This document shows positions 42,001-50,495 of a stretch of DNA of 64,000 nt, piece by piece. The notes below the pieces were generated by a model, which saw only the letters and a list, made by a program, of their open reading frames with translations, made no database searches and was not told the origin of the DNA. The translations under genes were made by a program, and so were the position numbers. How positions within the stretch are numbered: the first letter of the stretch is position 1; every line of letters begins with the position of its first letter. Source of the DNA: a virus; IMG/VR virus record IMGVR_UViG_3300027881_000536, positions 32,001 through 96,000 of that record; one strand, written 5' to 3'.

Positions 42001-42893
42001 TCACAAATGCTTTCGTCTTCGATGGTGCTAACGATGGGAACCACAAAACTACTTTAACGATTGTTGAGCCCACTGGTACTCGTACAATTAACCTACCTGA
42101 TGCAGATGGTACTGTCACTGTATCAGGTGGCACTGGTCTTACTCTATCGGTTCTTGGTGACATGAGCGTCGATGCATCACAGACTCAGATTACATCAGTG
42201 GGTGCTCTCAATGCTGGTTCGATTACATCTGGTTTCACTTCAATAGATGTAGGCTCAGGTGCTATCAGTACCACAGGCACTCTAACTGGTGGAAGTGTAG
42301 TAGCAGAAGACTCCATTACAATAGAGGGAGGTAGTTTCACTGATGCTACCTGTGATTACAACGATGACCCCACAATAACAATGGATAGTACTGCCGCAGT
42401 GTTCGCTGGTATGTCAGTTAGTGGTACGGACATACCTGTCGGAGCAACAGTCTCTAGTGTAACCAATAGTACCACTTTCGAGTTGAGTGCATCTACTACT
42501 GGTGGTATCAAGACCAACCAGACACTTACATTCACTAATAACACTGTGTTTATGGACACTTACTCTGCTACTCTCACTACAATCAACGCTACTACTATGT
42601 TCACTCTAGCATCCAATGCTTACAGTGCCGCTAAGGTTCTAGCAAGTGTGTGGTTGGATGATGGTAGTGATAACAGGTCAGTGACCGAGTTCTTATTCAC
42701 CTATGTTGGTGCCTCTACTCCCGCTGCTACTGGTAATATCCACATGACAGAATACGCTCTAGTGGATACTAGTGGTTCACAACTAGCCACCTTTGATGTA
42801 GTGAAGGACAGCGGAAACATCTTAGTCCAAATCACTCCTGGTTCTACCACAAGTACCAAGGTCAGGGCTCAAATAACTCAACTCGCAATATGA
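39009..42893 (+). CDS. Long tail fibre protein (1294 aa) with internal repeats
   Basis: Gly/Thr/Ala-rich; duplicated GTGTGAGGSIIF and LWD modules; same type of C-terminal domain as the previous gene. Confidence 0.78.
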   Translation: MASASDFKVKKGLQVQGGDLNLGNAQNAVIQVDAVSGTNTAGKTLTISGGEGTGTGAGGSIIFQTADGGGTGSSVNPLATALTIADDLSSAFTGAVTLNGAVTLGNASGDDITNTGRWVGDFVPKTDSSIDLGTSALQFAEAHIDTGHIDDITSTGTSTLSTVDIGGGAIDDTTVGATTASTGAFTTLGATGAVTFGTDASGVDVTFHSATTGDNMLWDASEEQLVITGTNGATALNVADGNVTIADNLTVTGTSALIGATSVGSATATSTVTQVASGQGIHGKSLTITGGNTTTGGVTNDRTGGDLLLQGGQGTGTGAGGSIIFKSAGAAGSTANSPLNPLDDTLLTLASTGAATFAGAVSGITTLATSGAVTIGANEAGADVQYYGDTDGLGMLWDTSTDKLVIHGRAAYDALQVTQGDVLVSQTINTNVLETDTINESTADAGVTIDSVLLNNSAVYTGSNTTDKGKLYGNATNTYLTHTATSGNINLVATGTGEVLMDNVRVGGDTVWNNTANLKLNGIATGGVNIASTAGTHATVAGTAIDVNGGSAGNFDIGLQVNPGASAGQYAEVRIKTSTESPIANSAPGSCLVLRNANTAATGTNATYYDFGTDNDGRVWGTGTLHGDPDIFTIGNFIGKSYDGAKNSSTQTPTDVANSVLEISKPTAATAVKDVLTLVNTVNATGGAGGGGHTGTGSAIAFDQWYFDSTIPARADAGRIAVKTAADWTATSTTRDATMVFGVALNNTVTDSLTLNSDGSVGFRSYTFPTAIGSSGEVLKAPSSGTLLEWASDTGGGTASDVAADDITVGNAAVEIETSTGGVDISTNAVNQALTMGNTSGATAILGSTIDLTSIGAIGISAPVFKISSGTTDRPVFTVEGTAADATAPTIELRSTAGTGSAGIGEDGNPSGFFTFSSRNDNNQDHMYGRIRTIGSAAADGSEEGTMTLAVSTTDSGTITDVITIKGNDNAVGSKVTIAGDLQVDGTTTTVNSTEVDVTNAFVFDGANDGNHKTTLTIVEPTGTRTINLPDADGTVTVSGGTGLTLSVLGDMSVDASQTQITSVGALNAGSITSGFTSIDVGSGAISTTGTLTGGSVVAEDSITIEGGSFTDATCDYNDDPTITMDSTAAVFAGMSVSGTDIPVGATVSSVTNSTTFELSASTTGGIKTNQTLTFTNNTVFMDTYSATLTTINATTMFTLASNAYSAAKVLASVWLDDGSDNRSVTEFLFTYVGASTPAATGNIHMTEYALVDTSGSQLATFDVVKDSGNILVQITPGSTTSTKVRAQITQLAI

Positions 42894-42918
42894 TGGACAG
42901 TGAAATCATGGTGATAAA

Positions 42919-45900
42919 TTGGCAACAGATACAGACTTCAAGATAAAAAAAGGATTGACGATTACCGATGGTGATATCACCATCAATCCTGGTCAGAAGT
43001 TAACCACTTCATCCAATGGTAATTTCACATTGGACATAGGTGGAGATTTACTCATCTCAGCGGGAGGTACAGAGTATGGTAGATTTGAGGCTAGTGGTAG
43101 AGGACTATCAGTGGGCTCAGGCGCTGACCCAATGGCTGATTCTAAAGTGGATGTTTATGGTAGACTAGGTATATCTCTTGAGGGCGCAACTCCCTCCCAA
43201 CCTGCTGATGGTAAGGGCTTGCTCTACACCAAAGCGGGTGGAGGATTATACTGGAGAAGTTACGACCAAGCAGAGAACAAACTTAGTGGCATGTCTGTCT
43301 CGACAGCGAGTGCTAGTGGTAATGGTTCACTAGCCATAGACACAGCCACAGGGGTTCTTACTTTCACACCAGCCAATGTATCAGGTGATGGTGGTGCTTC
43401 TGACATAGGTGCACTAGACGATGTTCTAATGGATGCGACTAACTTCGTTGATGGTCTTCTGATACAACCCTCATCAAACGCATCAGCACCGGGGACAGGC
43501 ACTTTGTTTAGTGCCACAGGTAACACAGGTATTGGGAAGGACACCTATGCTGCGTTGACTTCAGGGACTTACAATACATCAGTAGGATATGTAGCAGGTA
43601 AGAATCTGATAGATGGCGCAAACAATGTAATGTTTGGTAAAGCCGCTGGTCAAGAAGTAACATCAGGGTCATCTAATACTGCAGTTGGCACTAATGCAGG
43701 TTTGAATATTATTGGTGGTTCTACCAACATTGCTATTGGGTCTGGTGCTGGTGACAATATCACTAGCGGTTCACACAATGTAATGATTGGCGGAGCAGAT
43801 GCTGGGAGTGCGACAGGTAATAGCCAACTAAAAATTTCTTCTGGTGACGGTGGAGTCACATGGCTTACAGGTGCAAGCGATGGAACACTTGCATTAGGAA
43901 CACCTTCTGCATTAACTCTAACCAACGCAACAGGTTTAGTTGCTACGACAGGGCTAACTGCAACAGGGACCAAATCATCTTCAACATATCTTAGAGGCGA
44001 CAATACTTGGGCTTCTGTTTCAAGTGGCGCTTCCACTGTTGGTGCATTAACTGATGTGCTAATGGATGCTACTAACTTCGTTGATTCATTCCTACTCCAA
44101 CCCAATAGTGACGGTTTAGCACCAACGACAGGAATACTAAGTAGTGCAAATTACAATGTAGGTATTGGTTCAGATGTATTCAAATTCATAACAAATGGAA
44201 CTCAGGATGTTGCTATTGGTCAATACTCTCAGGAAAAGATTACTTCCGGCGACTACAATACAACAATTGGTGGTCAAACATTCAAAGAAGCAACTACTGC
44301 CGAAAAAAATACTGCATTAGGATATGCGGCACTAAGGAACACAGTAAGTAATTCAAATGTAGCAATTGGTTTCATGGCCCATCAAGGGGCTAATACAAGT
44401 GGTGGATTCAATGTAGCAATAGGCGCAAGTGCAATGTATGGTGTAAGTAGCCACGCAAAATGGAATGTAGCAATTGGTAACGAGGCTCTTGAAAATATTA
44501 CTACCGGAGATTATAACATCGCCGTTGGTTACAAAGCAGGGGAGGCTCTCACAACTGCTAATGATTCTATTCTATTGGGCAATTCAGCCGGGAAAAACAT
44601 AACAGGTGGTGCGAACAATACAATAGCAATAGGAAAAGAATCCTGTTTTACCTCAACAGGAGATGCGAATAATATAGGTATTGGGTACAGAACTCTATAC
44701 TTAGCAAATGGTGGAACCTACAACATAGCAATTGGTAACATGGCTGGCGATTCCGTAACAACAGGAGATTACAATACATTGATGGGAACTTCTGCTGGTG
44801 CTACTATATCCACAGGCTCACGAAATATCGCTATTGGGTATGCGGCGGCAGATGGATTCGACACAGAATCAGACAACATAGCAATTGGCTACGATGCAAT
44901 TGGTGGTGCTGTTGCTGGTGCAGAAAAGACAATCGCAATAGGGAACTACACGCTCGATGCTTTGACGAGTGGGGATAACAACATAGCGATAGGATACGAA
45001 GCACTCACTTCTTGCACGACAGGCGGCTCAAACATAGCCATTGGAAACTACGCTATCAACAACATGGATGCCGAGAGTCACAACTTAGCAATTGGATATA
45101 CCGCATTAGGCGGGGTAATCAACGGGGCTGAATACAATGTTGCTATTGGGAATGAATCTTTAGTTGCCGTCACAGAGGGCGACCATAACATCGCAATAGG
45201 ATACCAGTCCGGCGATAACATCACGACTGGCTCTAATAATGTGGTAATAGGTAAAGCAGATGTAGCGAGTGCAACAGGTAATAACCAACTCTCAATTTCT
45301 TCAGGGGATGGCTTGGTCACATGGATTACAGGAACAAGCGCAGGTGCGGTCAATCTTCCCAATTCAATACTCACAATCGCCGGGTCTGTTGGTTCAGACG
45401 GACAGGTTCTCACTTCAACGGGTTCAGCCGTAGCATGGGAGGACGCAGGTGGTGGTGGTGCTTCTGTAATCGGTGACTTAACCGATGTATCAATGGATAT
45501 TGCTAACTTCACAGATGGCTTCCTTCTTCAAACAGATAGTGACGGTTTAGCACCGACAACAGGGACATTAAGTGCAACAACCGGAAACATAGGCATTGGA
45601 AAAGATGTATTTGCGTCAATGACTTCGGGAAGTTATAATGTAGGTTTGGGGCATACTGCGTTAGACGCTTTAACCACCGCAACAGGAACTATCGGCATAG
45701 GATATGCCGCTTTTTCAGCAGTTACTACAAATACGCATAATGTTGGGATAGGATATGGTGCAGGTAGGCTCGCAACAGGTGCGGGAAATATCTATCTCGG
45801 TTATTTCACAGGTGGGCAAAATGCAAACAACCTGTCTTACAATATAGGAATAGGTTATGCAAGCCAACTCCTTGCAACAAGTGGTTGGGGAAGAAATGTA

Positions 45901-47070
45901 GCGGTAGGACAAAGCACACTACGAAATAATACAAGTGGTGGCCGAATGGTTGCTATTGGTGATGAGGCACTTTACAGTAATACTACTGCTGATGCTAACA
46001 TTGGAGTAGGTTACAAAGCAGGTAGGTCAATTACTACTGGAACACGAAACATAGCAATAGGGTATCAAGCAGCAGATGGATTCGATACAGAATCAGACAA
46101 CATAGCAATTGGTTACGATGCTTTAGGTGGTGCTGTTGCGGGTGGTGAGAAGAATGTCGCTATTGGAAATTATGCTGGTGACGCTATTACGAGTGCTGAT
46201 GATAACACACTAATTGGCCATCAAGCGGGAACTGACTTGAACTCAGGTGGACAGAATACCTACATTGGATTCAAAGCAGGGCAACTTGCTACAACAGCAT
46301 CCCAAAATGTTGTTATCGGTTATCATGAATATGATTCAGGGACTAAGACCGGAGGATATAACGCTCTTGTTGGTAATAGAGTTGGAGGAAGTCTAACTAA
46401 TGCAAGTTACAATGTGGCTATGGGTTACAGAACATTGGGGTCTGCATCATCAGGCGCATATAATGTGGCTTTGGGAACTTATGCGCTTTACACAGCCAAT
46501 CCATCGGGTGCTATTGGTATAGGATATGAAGCCGGAAGAAGCGTTGGTGGAAATTATGGTATTCACATAGGCTATGAAAGTGGCCCTCAATCTGGTTCAA
46601 ATACTGGTGAAAAGAATATAGCAATCGGTTATCAATCAGGAGATAATATCACAAGCGGTTCAAACAATGTAATCATTGGAAATGCTGATGTAGCAAGCGC
46701 AACAGGTGATGACCAACTTTCTATATCATCAGGAGATGGTAGCCCTGTTTGGATTACAGGTGACTCAAATGGAACTGTTAAACTCAATCAATTAGCAGAT
46801 GTTGTAGCAGTATCAAGTAATACACAATTAACACCGGGTCAATCAGGTTCCTATGTTTATTGGACAGCAGGAACTTGCACTCTACCTGTTAGCGCAACAG
46901 TAGGGCAACAATTTACAGTGTTCAATAATACAGGCTCAAGTGCTACTGTGGGTCTTGGTTCAGGTAACACTATGGCTACTAATTGGGCTGCTAATGCGGC
47001 AGTAGCAGATAATGATGCCACAGCCTATGTATGTGTAGCATCAACAGATTGGGTTCAGGTGGGAGCATGA
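42919..47070 (+). CDS. Distal fibre/adhesin with arrays of N-x-A-I-G repeats (trimeric autotransporter head-like beta-roll)
   Basis: Dozens of roughly 14-aa N[IV]AIGxxA repeats arranged in three modules. TTG start behind GGTGA. Confidence 0.8.
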   Translation: MATDTDFKIKKGLTITDGDITINPGQKLTTSSNGNFTLDIGGDLLISAGGTEYGRFEASGRGLSVGSGADPMADSKVDVYGRLGISLEGATPSQPADGKGLLYTKAGGGLYWRSYDQAENKLSGMSVSTASASGNGSLAIDTATGVLTFTPANVSGDGGASDIGALDDVLMDATNFVDGLLIQPSSNASAPGTGTLFSATGNTGIGKDTYAALTSGTYNTSVGYVAGKNLIDGANNVMFGKAAGQEVTSGSSNTAVGTNAGLNIIGGSTNIAIGSGAGDNITSGSHNVMIGGADAGSATGNSQLKISSGDGGVTWLTGASDGTLALGTPSALTLTNATGLVATTGLTATGTKSSSTYLRGDNTWASVSSGASTVGALTDVLMDATNFVDSFLLQPNSDGLAPTTGILSSANYNVGIGSDVFKFITNGTQDVAIGQYSQEKITSGDYNTTIGGQTFKEATTAEKNTALGYAALRNTVSNSNVAIGFMAHQGANTSGGFNVAIGASAMYGVSSHAKWNVAIGNEALENITTGDYNIAVGYKAGEALTTANDSILLGNSAGKNITGGANNTIAIGKESCFTSTGDANNIGIGYRTLYLANGGTYNIAIGNMAGDSVTTGDYNTLMGTSAGATISTGSRNIAIGYAAADGFDTESDNIAIGYDAIGGAVAGAEKTIAIGNYTLDALTSGDNNIAIGYEALTSCTTGGSNIAIGNYAINNMDAESHNLAIGYTALGGVINGAEYNVAIGNESLVAVTEGDHNIAIGYQSGDNITTGSNNVVIGKADVASATGNNQLSISSGDGLVTWITGTSAGAVNLPNSILTIAGSVGSDGQVLTSTGSAVAWEDAGGGGASVIGDLTDVSMDIANFTDGFLLQTDSDGLAPTTGTLSATTGNIGIGKDVFASMTSGSYNVGLGHTALDALTTATGTIGIGYAAFSAVTTNTHNVGIGYGAGRLATGAGNIYLGYFTGGQNANNLSYNIGIGYASQLLATSGWGRNVAVGQSTLRNNTSGGRMVAIGDEALYSNTTADANIGVGYKAGRSITTGTRNIAIGYQAADGFDTESDNIAIGYDALGGAVAGGEKNVAIGNYAGDAITSADDNTLIGHQAGTDLNSGGQNTYIGFKAGQLATTASQNVVIGYHEYDSGTKTGGYNALVGNRVGGSLTNASYNVAMGYRTLGSASSGAYNVALGTYALYTANPSGAIGIGYEAGRSVGGNYGIHIGYESGPQSGSNTGEKNIAIGYQSGDNITSGSNNVIIGNADVASATGDDQLSISSGDGSPVWITGDSNGTVKLNQLADVVAVSSNTQLTPGQSGSYVYWTAGTCTLPVSATVGQQFTVFNNTGSSATVGLGSGNTMATNWAANAAVADNDATAYVCVASTDWVQVGA

Positions 47071-47654
47071 GTTTCTTAGGTGCTGTTGGGGTTGTAGCCC
47101 AACAAGGAAATCAATCAGTTTCTGGACCAACAAATGTAATTATTCAAGTTAGTGATGGTGGGACTACTGGATTTATTACTGAAGAGTCAACGGGTGGATG
47201 GTCTTCTGCTTATACTGCAACATTCTCCGAAGATGGCGACCCTCCCGCTTCAAGTCATGTTTTGGAAATAAGTGCTGGTGACCTTGAAGATGGCTATGAA
47301 GCAGACCATGTTTTACATACAGGGTATATTGAAGTTATGACCTTTGCATGGCTTGGTGCTGATGCAGCCACTAGTTATGCTTGGTCAGGTTCAATTGCTG
47401 GCCAACAATTTAATGAAAGTATAAATGCTACTGTGGAGGGTTCAAGTAGTGATGTTCAAATGGCCCTTGATAGGGATGGGACAGGAATAAAGTTAAGATT
47501 AACTTTACCCGTTGAAAATAATTTCCCTTCCCCTAATGAGTATACTACACCTGAACCGGGTGACTATGTGCATTTCACACTTACCGGAACAGCAACTGGT
47601 AATTCAATTGATGTATCTACTTCACGAACTTGGAAAATAGAATTCATAACATGA
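47067..47654 (+). CDS. Fibre-associated/tip protein (MSFLGAVGVVAQQG...)
   Basis: ATGA overlap with the adhesin stop; beta-rich; start moved from 47031. Confidence 0.6.
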   Translation: MSFLGAVGVVAQQGNQSVSGPTNVIIQVSDGGTTGFITEESTGGWSSAYTATFSEDGDPPASSHVLEISAGDLEDGYEADHVLHTGYIEVMTFAWLGADAATSYAWSGSIAGQQFNESINATVEGSSSDVQMALDRDGTGIKLRLTLPVENNFPSPNEYTTPEPGDYVHFTLTGTATGNSIDVSTSRTWKIEFIT

Positions 47655-47672
47655 CGAGGGGGTGAATACGAA

Positions 47673-47999
47673 ATGGCACTGAGAATAGAATACGAGACGC
47701 ACTACGGAATAACTTGTGACTACGCGCACTGTATCGTTAGAGATGCTAGAGTGAACAAGGAAGTCAACGAGCAAGAGGTCGATGGGGAGACTGTCACAAC
47801 CACAGTCTTCGATGTACATTACAACGGTAAGATTTTTGCAAGCGATGATGCTTACGCAGATGGTGCATCGCCTATAGGTGGGTTCAACGGGAGTTTTGAG
47901 TTGAACACGGCTGGCTCCAAGAACCAGTACAATCTAGTCAAGCAGTCTTATCTCCACTTGAAGGAGAAAGATGGCTTTACTGATGGAACTGATTGTTGA
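47673..47999 (+). CDS. 108-aa protein, possible fibre assembly chaperone
   Basis: GGGGGTGA RBS; follows the fibre genes. Function is inferred from position only. Confidence 0.55.
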   Translation: MALRIEYETHYGITCDYAHCIVRDARVNKEVNEQEVDGETVTTTVFDVHYNGKIFASDDAYADGASPIGGFNGSFELNTAGSKNQYNLVKQSYLHLKEKDGFTDGTDC

Positions 48000-48160
48000 T
48001 GGGGGAACTAGTACAACGACTGAGTCAGGAGTGTCCTGGCTGTGGCGAGTTCGTATTAGCGAAGCGTATCGAAGGACGATATGTCAACGACAGGTCAGAG
48101 AGAATCCTTATTTGGGAGTGCCCTGAGTGCCTATCACTCTGGCAGAAGGCGAGGAGATAG
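47999..48160 (+). CDS. 53-aa zinc-ribbon protein (CPGC...CPEC), not in the ORF track
   Basis: Manual translation MGELVQRLSQECPGCGEFVLAKRIEGRYVNDRSERILIWECPECLSLWQKARR; TGATG coupling. Confidence 0.8.
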   Translation: MGELVQRLSQECPGCGEFVLAKRIEGRYVNDRSERILIWECPECLSLWQKARR

Positions 48161-48161
48161 T

Positions 48162-48254
48162 ATGCCCGAACACAAGCACAAACCTAAGATGGTAATGGTC
48201 ATCTCCATTGGTGCCAAGCCCAAGAAGAAGGGTGAGACAGGGGTGAAAAAATGA
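48162..48254 (+). CDS. 30-aa basic peptide MPEHKHKPKMVMVISIGAKPKKKGETGVKK
   Basis: ATG one base after the previous stop, with GAGGAG upstream. Confidence 0.5.
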   Translation: MPEHKHKPKMVMVISIGAKPKKKGETGVKK

Positions 48255-48453
48255 ACAGTACAGATATGAAAGAGAAGAACGAGAATACTACGCTTTGGAC
48301 TTAGGTGTGCACAGGGATACCAAAACTCCAAGTAGGTGTAGTTTTTACACCGCTTGTTGTTCCAATGGGTCTCTTCAATCTTGGCGGTTATCCATGGTTT
48401 AAGAGCATGGGGCCGTCTGCGTTTGTGATTAGTTGTCAGTGTGAGGAAGAGGG

Positions 48454-48711
48454 TTGACCAAAGACTGGGATATCGACTGGGACTACTGGGATGCACAGGT
48501 CGAAGGCTACAAGAAAGCACTTAGAAAACCTCTCTGGAGAGACTATCTTCAGACACAAAAGGAGAAGATGGACAAGGTCCATGATTTCTTTTGGAGTAGA
48601 ACTTTGAACGGGGGGGAGAGTACAAGAAGAGAAGAAGAGTCGGATGTGCCTGCACGCCACGCCGGAAAAAAACTCTCCCCCCCAGTTCCTCCTGTTAATA
48701 CACCCAAGTAG
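48454..48711 (+). CDS. 85-aa hypothetical protein, last + strand ORF
   Basis: TTG start behind GAGGAAGAGGG; Trp-rich N-terminal half. The 3' half overlaps an inverted repeat. Confidence 0.45.
   Translation: MTKDWDIDWDYWDAQVEGYKKALRKPLWRDYLQTQKEKMDKVHDFFWSRTLNGGESTRREEESDVPARHAGKKLSPPVPPVNTPK
48610..48683. repeat. Perfect 12-bp inverted repeat (GGGGGGGAGAGT ... ACTCTCCCCCCC) with a 50-nt spacer
   Basis: Arms at 48610-48621 and 48672-48683, at the convergence of the two gene blocks. Confidence 0.9.
48666..48672 (-). terminator. Putative archaeal oligo-T terminator for the - strand operon
   Basis: A7 on + (T7 on -) about 50 nt past the last - strand stop at 48723. Confidence 0.4.
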
Positions 48712-48722
48712 AGGGAGGTTTA

Positions 48723-48875
48723 TCACTCTTCTTCATCTTTGGGTAGATTCAAAGCATAAAATGAGAGGTCATTGAGTAGTGAGAAAATCATCCCACCGAC
48801 AGTAATGGCTACAGGTATCACACAGCATAGTGAGAATAGTATGTAAAGCAGGGTAGTAGCCCAATCAATGTCCAT
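48723..48875 (-). CDS. 50-aa single-pass membrane peptide, not in the ORF track
   Basis: Manual translation MDIDWATTLLYILFSLCCVIPVAITVGGMIFSLLNDLSFYALNLPKDEEE; overlaps the chaperonin stop; followed by a second stop. Confidence 0.7.
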   Translation of the reverse strand: MDIDWATTLLYILFSLCCVIPVAITVGGMIFSLLNDLSFYALNLPKDEEE

Positions 48876-50379
48876 CTTCCTGTCCTCTCATCGCTATGAT
48901 GTCGTCAATCCTAAGGACTGAAGTGCCTACTTCTGTGGCACTACTAATCACTTGCTTAACCAGGGACTCTGGCTCCACAATTCCCTTATCTAGTGTGTTG
49001 CAAATCTCACCCACACCGTCATCATCTATGTAGAGACCGATACCTGGCTCTGCTGACCTTAGTTCCATGACCACATCTAAGGGGTCCATGCCAGCGTTGT
49101 TCGCTATGGCTGCAGGGATTATCTCTAGTGCGTCAGCGTATGCCTCCATGCACATGCGCTCTCGAGCACTCATGTTAGCCTGCTTAGCAGCATGAGTTCT
49201 CACTGCCATAGATGCAGCAGAGAAGGCTGCTCCACCACCGGGAAAGCCTCTGTTACCATCCTTCATACTGAGGCAGGTCACACCCACGGCGTCGTCGAAC
49301 GCCCTCTCATATTCATCTAGAGTCTGGCGTGTTGCACCTCTGACTACCAAAGTGGTAGCCTCTCCTGGTCCGGAGACAGTCACGAAGTCTAGGTCACCTA
49401 TCCTTTCCTCCTTCACTGCGATGTCTATCCCATCTACAGGGTCTGTGATGTCCACTACTCTGTGATAGATTGGGACATTGAACAGTCTGGAAAGTGATTC
49501 CATGTCACTCTGTTGTAGTCTAGTGATGAGGGGGATGCCATTCTGCCCTAGGTAATGGGCTACAGCCTCATGGACTGAGTCCCTAACAAATACACACCCG
49601 TTAGGCCCTGTGGCACCAGCAACCATGCTTGCTAGTTCACTGAGCATCTCGAGTTCCTGTTGCTTGAGAGCCTGGAGTTGACCCATGTTCTCAACCTGTA
49701 TCTGGTCTACATCATATCCATCCAGTCCCCCGTTTATGAGTAGCACACTGACCTCACCTGAGACCTCTTTGATATCTCCCACATCGTTAGCGAACTCCTT
49801 GTTCAGAACCAATCCGTCCTGCACATAGGAATCTTTGAGGGAACCACCAGCCTGAGTTATCACCTTGATTCTCTCGAGGTCACCTCCTGCTTTCTCTGCT
49901 GCTTTGAAGCAAAGCGTAGCAGCATAATCAAGTTCACTTTCGGCAGCCTTACCGCGCATGGCAGTCTTGGCTGCATCTAACACATCTATCTCGACTGGGT
50001 CTAGATTGTTGAGAGCAATGTGTTTGCCTCTGTCAAATGACCTGAGTATAACTCGGGGGTGAATACCCCTGAGTAGTAGCCCTTCACTGAGGGCTAGCAT
50101 CTGACCGGCTAACACCACCACACTGGTGGTCCCATCCTTACAGACAGCCTCCTGTGTCTTACTAGCATCTATCATCATCAACGCACCAGGGTGTGCTGCA
50201 TCTAATTCTCTCAGGATAGTCACACCATCGTTGGTCACGATGTTATGATTACCATTGGTCAGCATCTTATCCATACCTGCTGGCCCAAGGGTAGACCTGA
50301 CGGTCTCGGCTATATTCATAGCCGCTTTTATGTTACTCATTTGCGCTTCTCTTCCACTTTGCTGTGTTTTCTCACTCAT
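48865..50379 (-). CDS. ths: Group II chaperonin (thermosome-like)
   Basis: TLGPAGMDKML, VTNDGVTIL, DGTTSVVV, GGGA and ALEIIPAAIANNAG motifs; 504 aa. Confidence 0.95.
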   Translation of the reverse strand: MSEKTQQSGREAQMSNIKAAMNIAETVRSTLGPAGMDKMLTNGNHNIVTNDGVTILRELDAAHPGALMMIDASKTQEAVCKDGTTSVVVLAGQMLALSEGLLLRGIHPRVILRSFDRGKHIALNNLDPVEIDVLDAAKTAMRGKAAESELDYAATLCFKAAEKAGGDLERIKVITQAGGSLKDSYVQDGLVLNKEFANDVGDIKEVSGEVSVLLINGGLDGYDVDQIQVENMGQLQALKQQELEMLSELASMVAGATGPNGCVFVRDSVHEAVAHYLGQNGIPLITRLQQSDMESLSRLFNVPIYHRVVDITDPVDGIDIAVKEERIGDLDFVTVSGPGEATTLVVRGATRQTLDEYERAFDDAVGVTCLSMKDGNRGFPGGGAAFSAASMAVRTHAAKQANMSARERMCMEAYADALEIIPAAIANNAGMDPLDVVMELRSAEPGIGLYIDDDGVGEICNTLDKGIVEPESLVKQVISSATEVGTSVLRIDDIIAMRGQEDGH

Positions 50380-50495
50380 TGTATTTCCTCCGTTAATGAT
50401 AGGAATAGTGCGTCGGGGTCTATCTTGTAGTAATCACACATCGTTAGATAGAACTCCTTGAAGAAGTCGATTGGTGCGTCCTCTAAGAGTTCCAT
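50376..50495 (-). CDS. 39-aa acidic peptide MELLEDAPIDFFKEFYLTMCDYYKIDPDALFLSLTEEIQ
   Basis: Manual translation; TGATG and ATGA coupling on the two sides. Confidence 0.7.
   Translation of the reverse strand: MELLEDAPIDFFKEFYLTMCDYYKIDPDALFLSLTEEIQ

Noticed and set aside
268-47819. Numerous - strand ORFs (60-250 aa) inside the + strand structural genes
   Set aside because: They are antisense shadows of long genes, typically Ser/Val/Pro-rich mirror translations, with no RBS or motifs.
48251-48456. Possible TAG read-through joining MNSTDMKEK...LWT to VCTGIPKL...CEEEG
   Set aside because: There is a single in-frame stop, but the product has no recognisable features and nothing else suggests recoding; other genes use TAG as a normal stop.
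48134-48520. 128-aa - strand ORF in the convergence zone
   Set aside because: It overlaps three better-coupled + strand ORFs and has no clear RBS or motif; it cannot be fully excluded.
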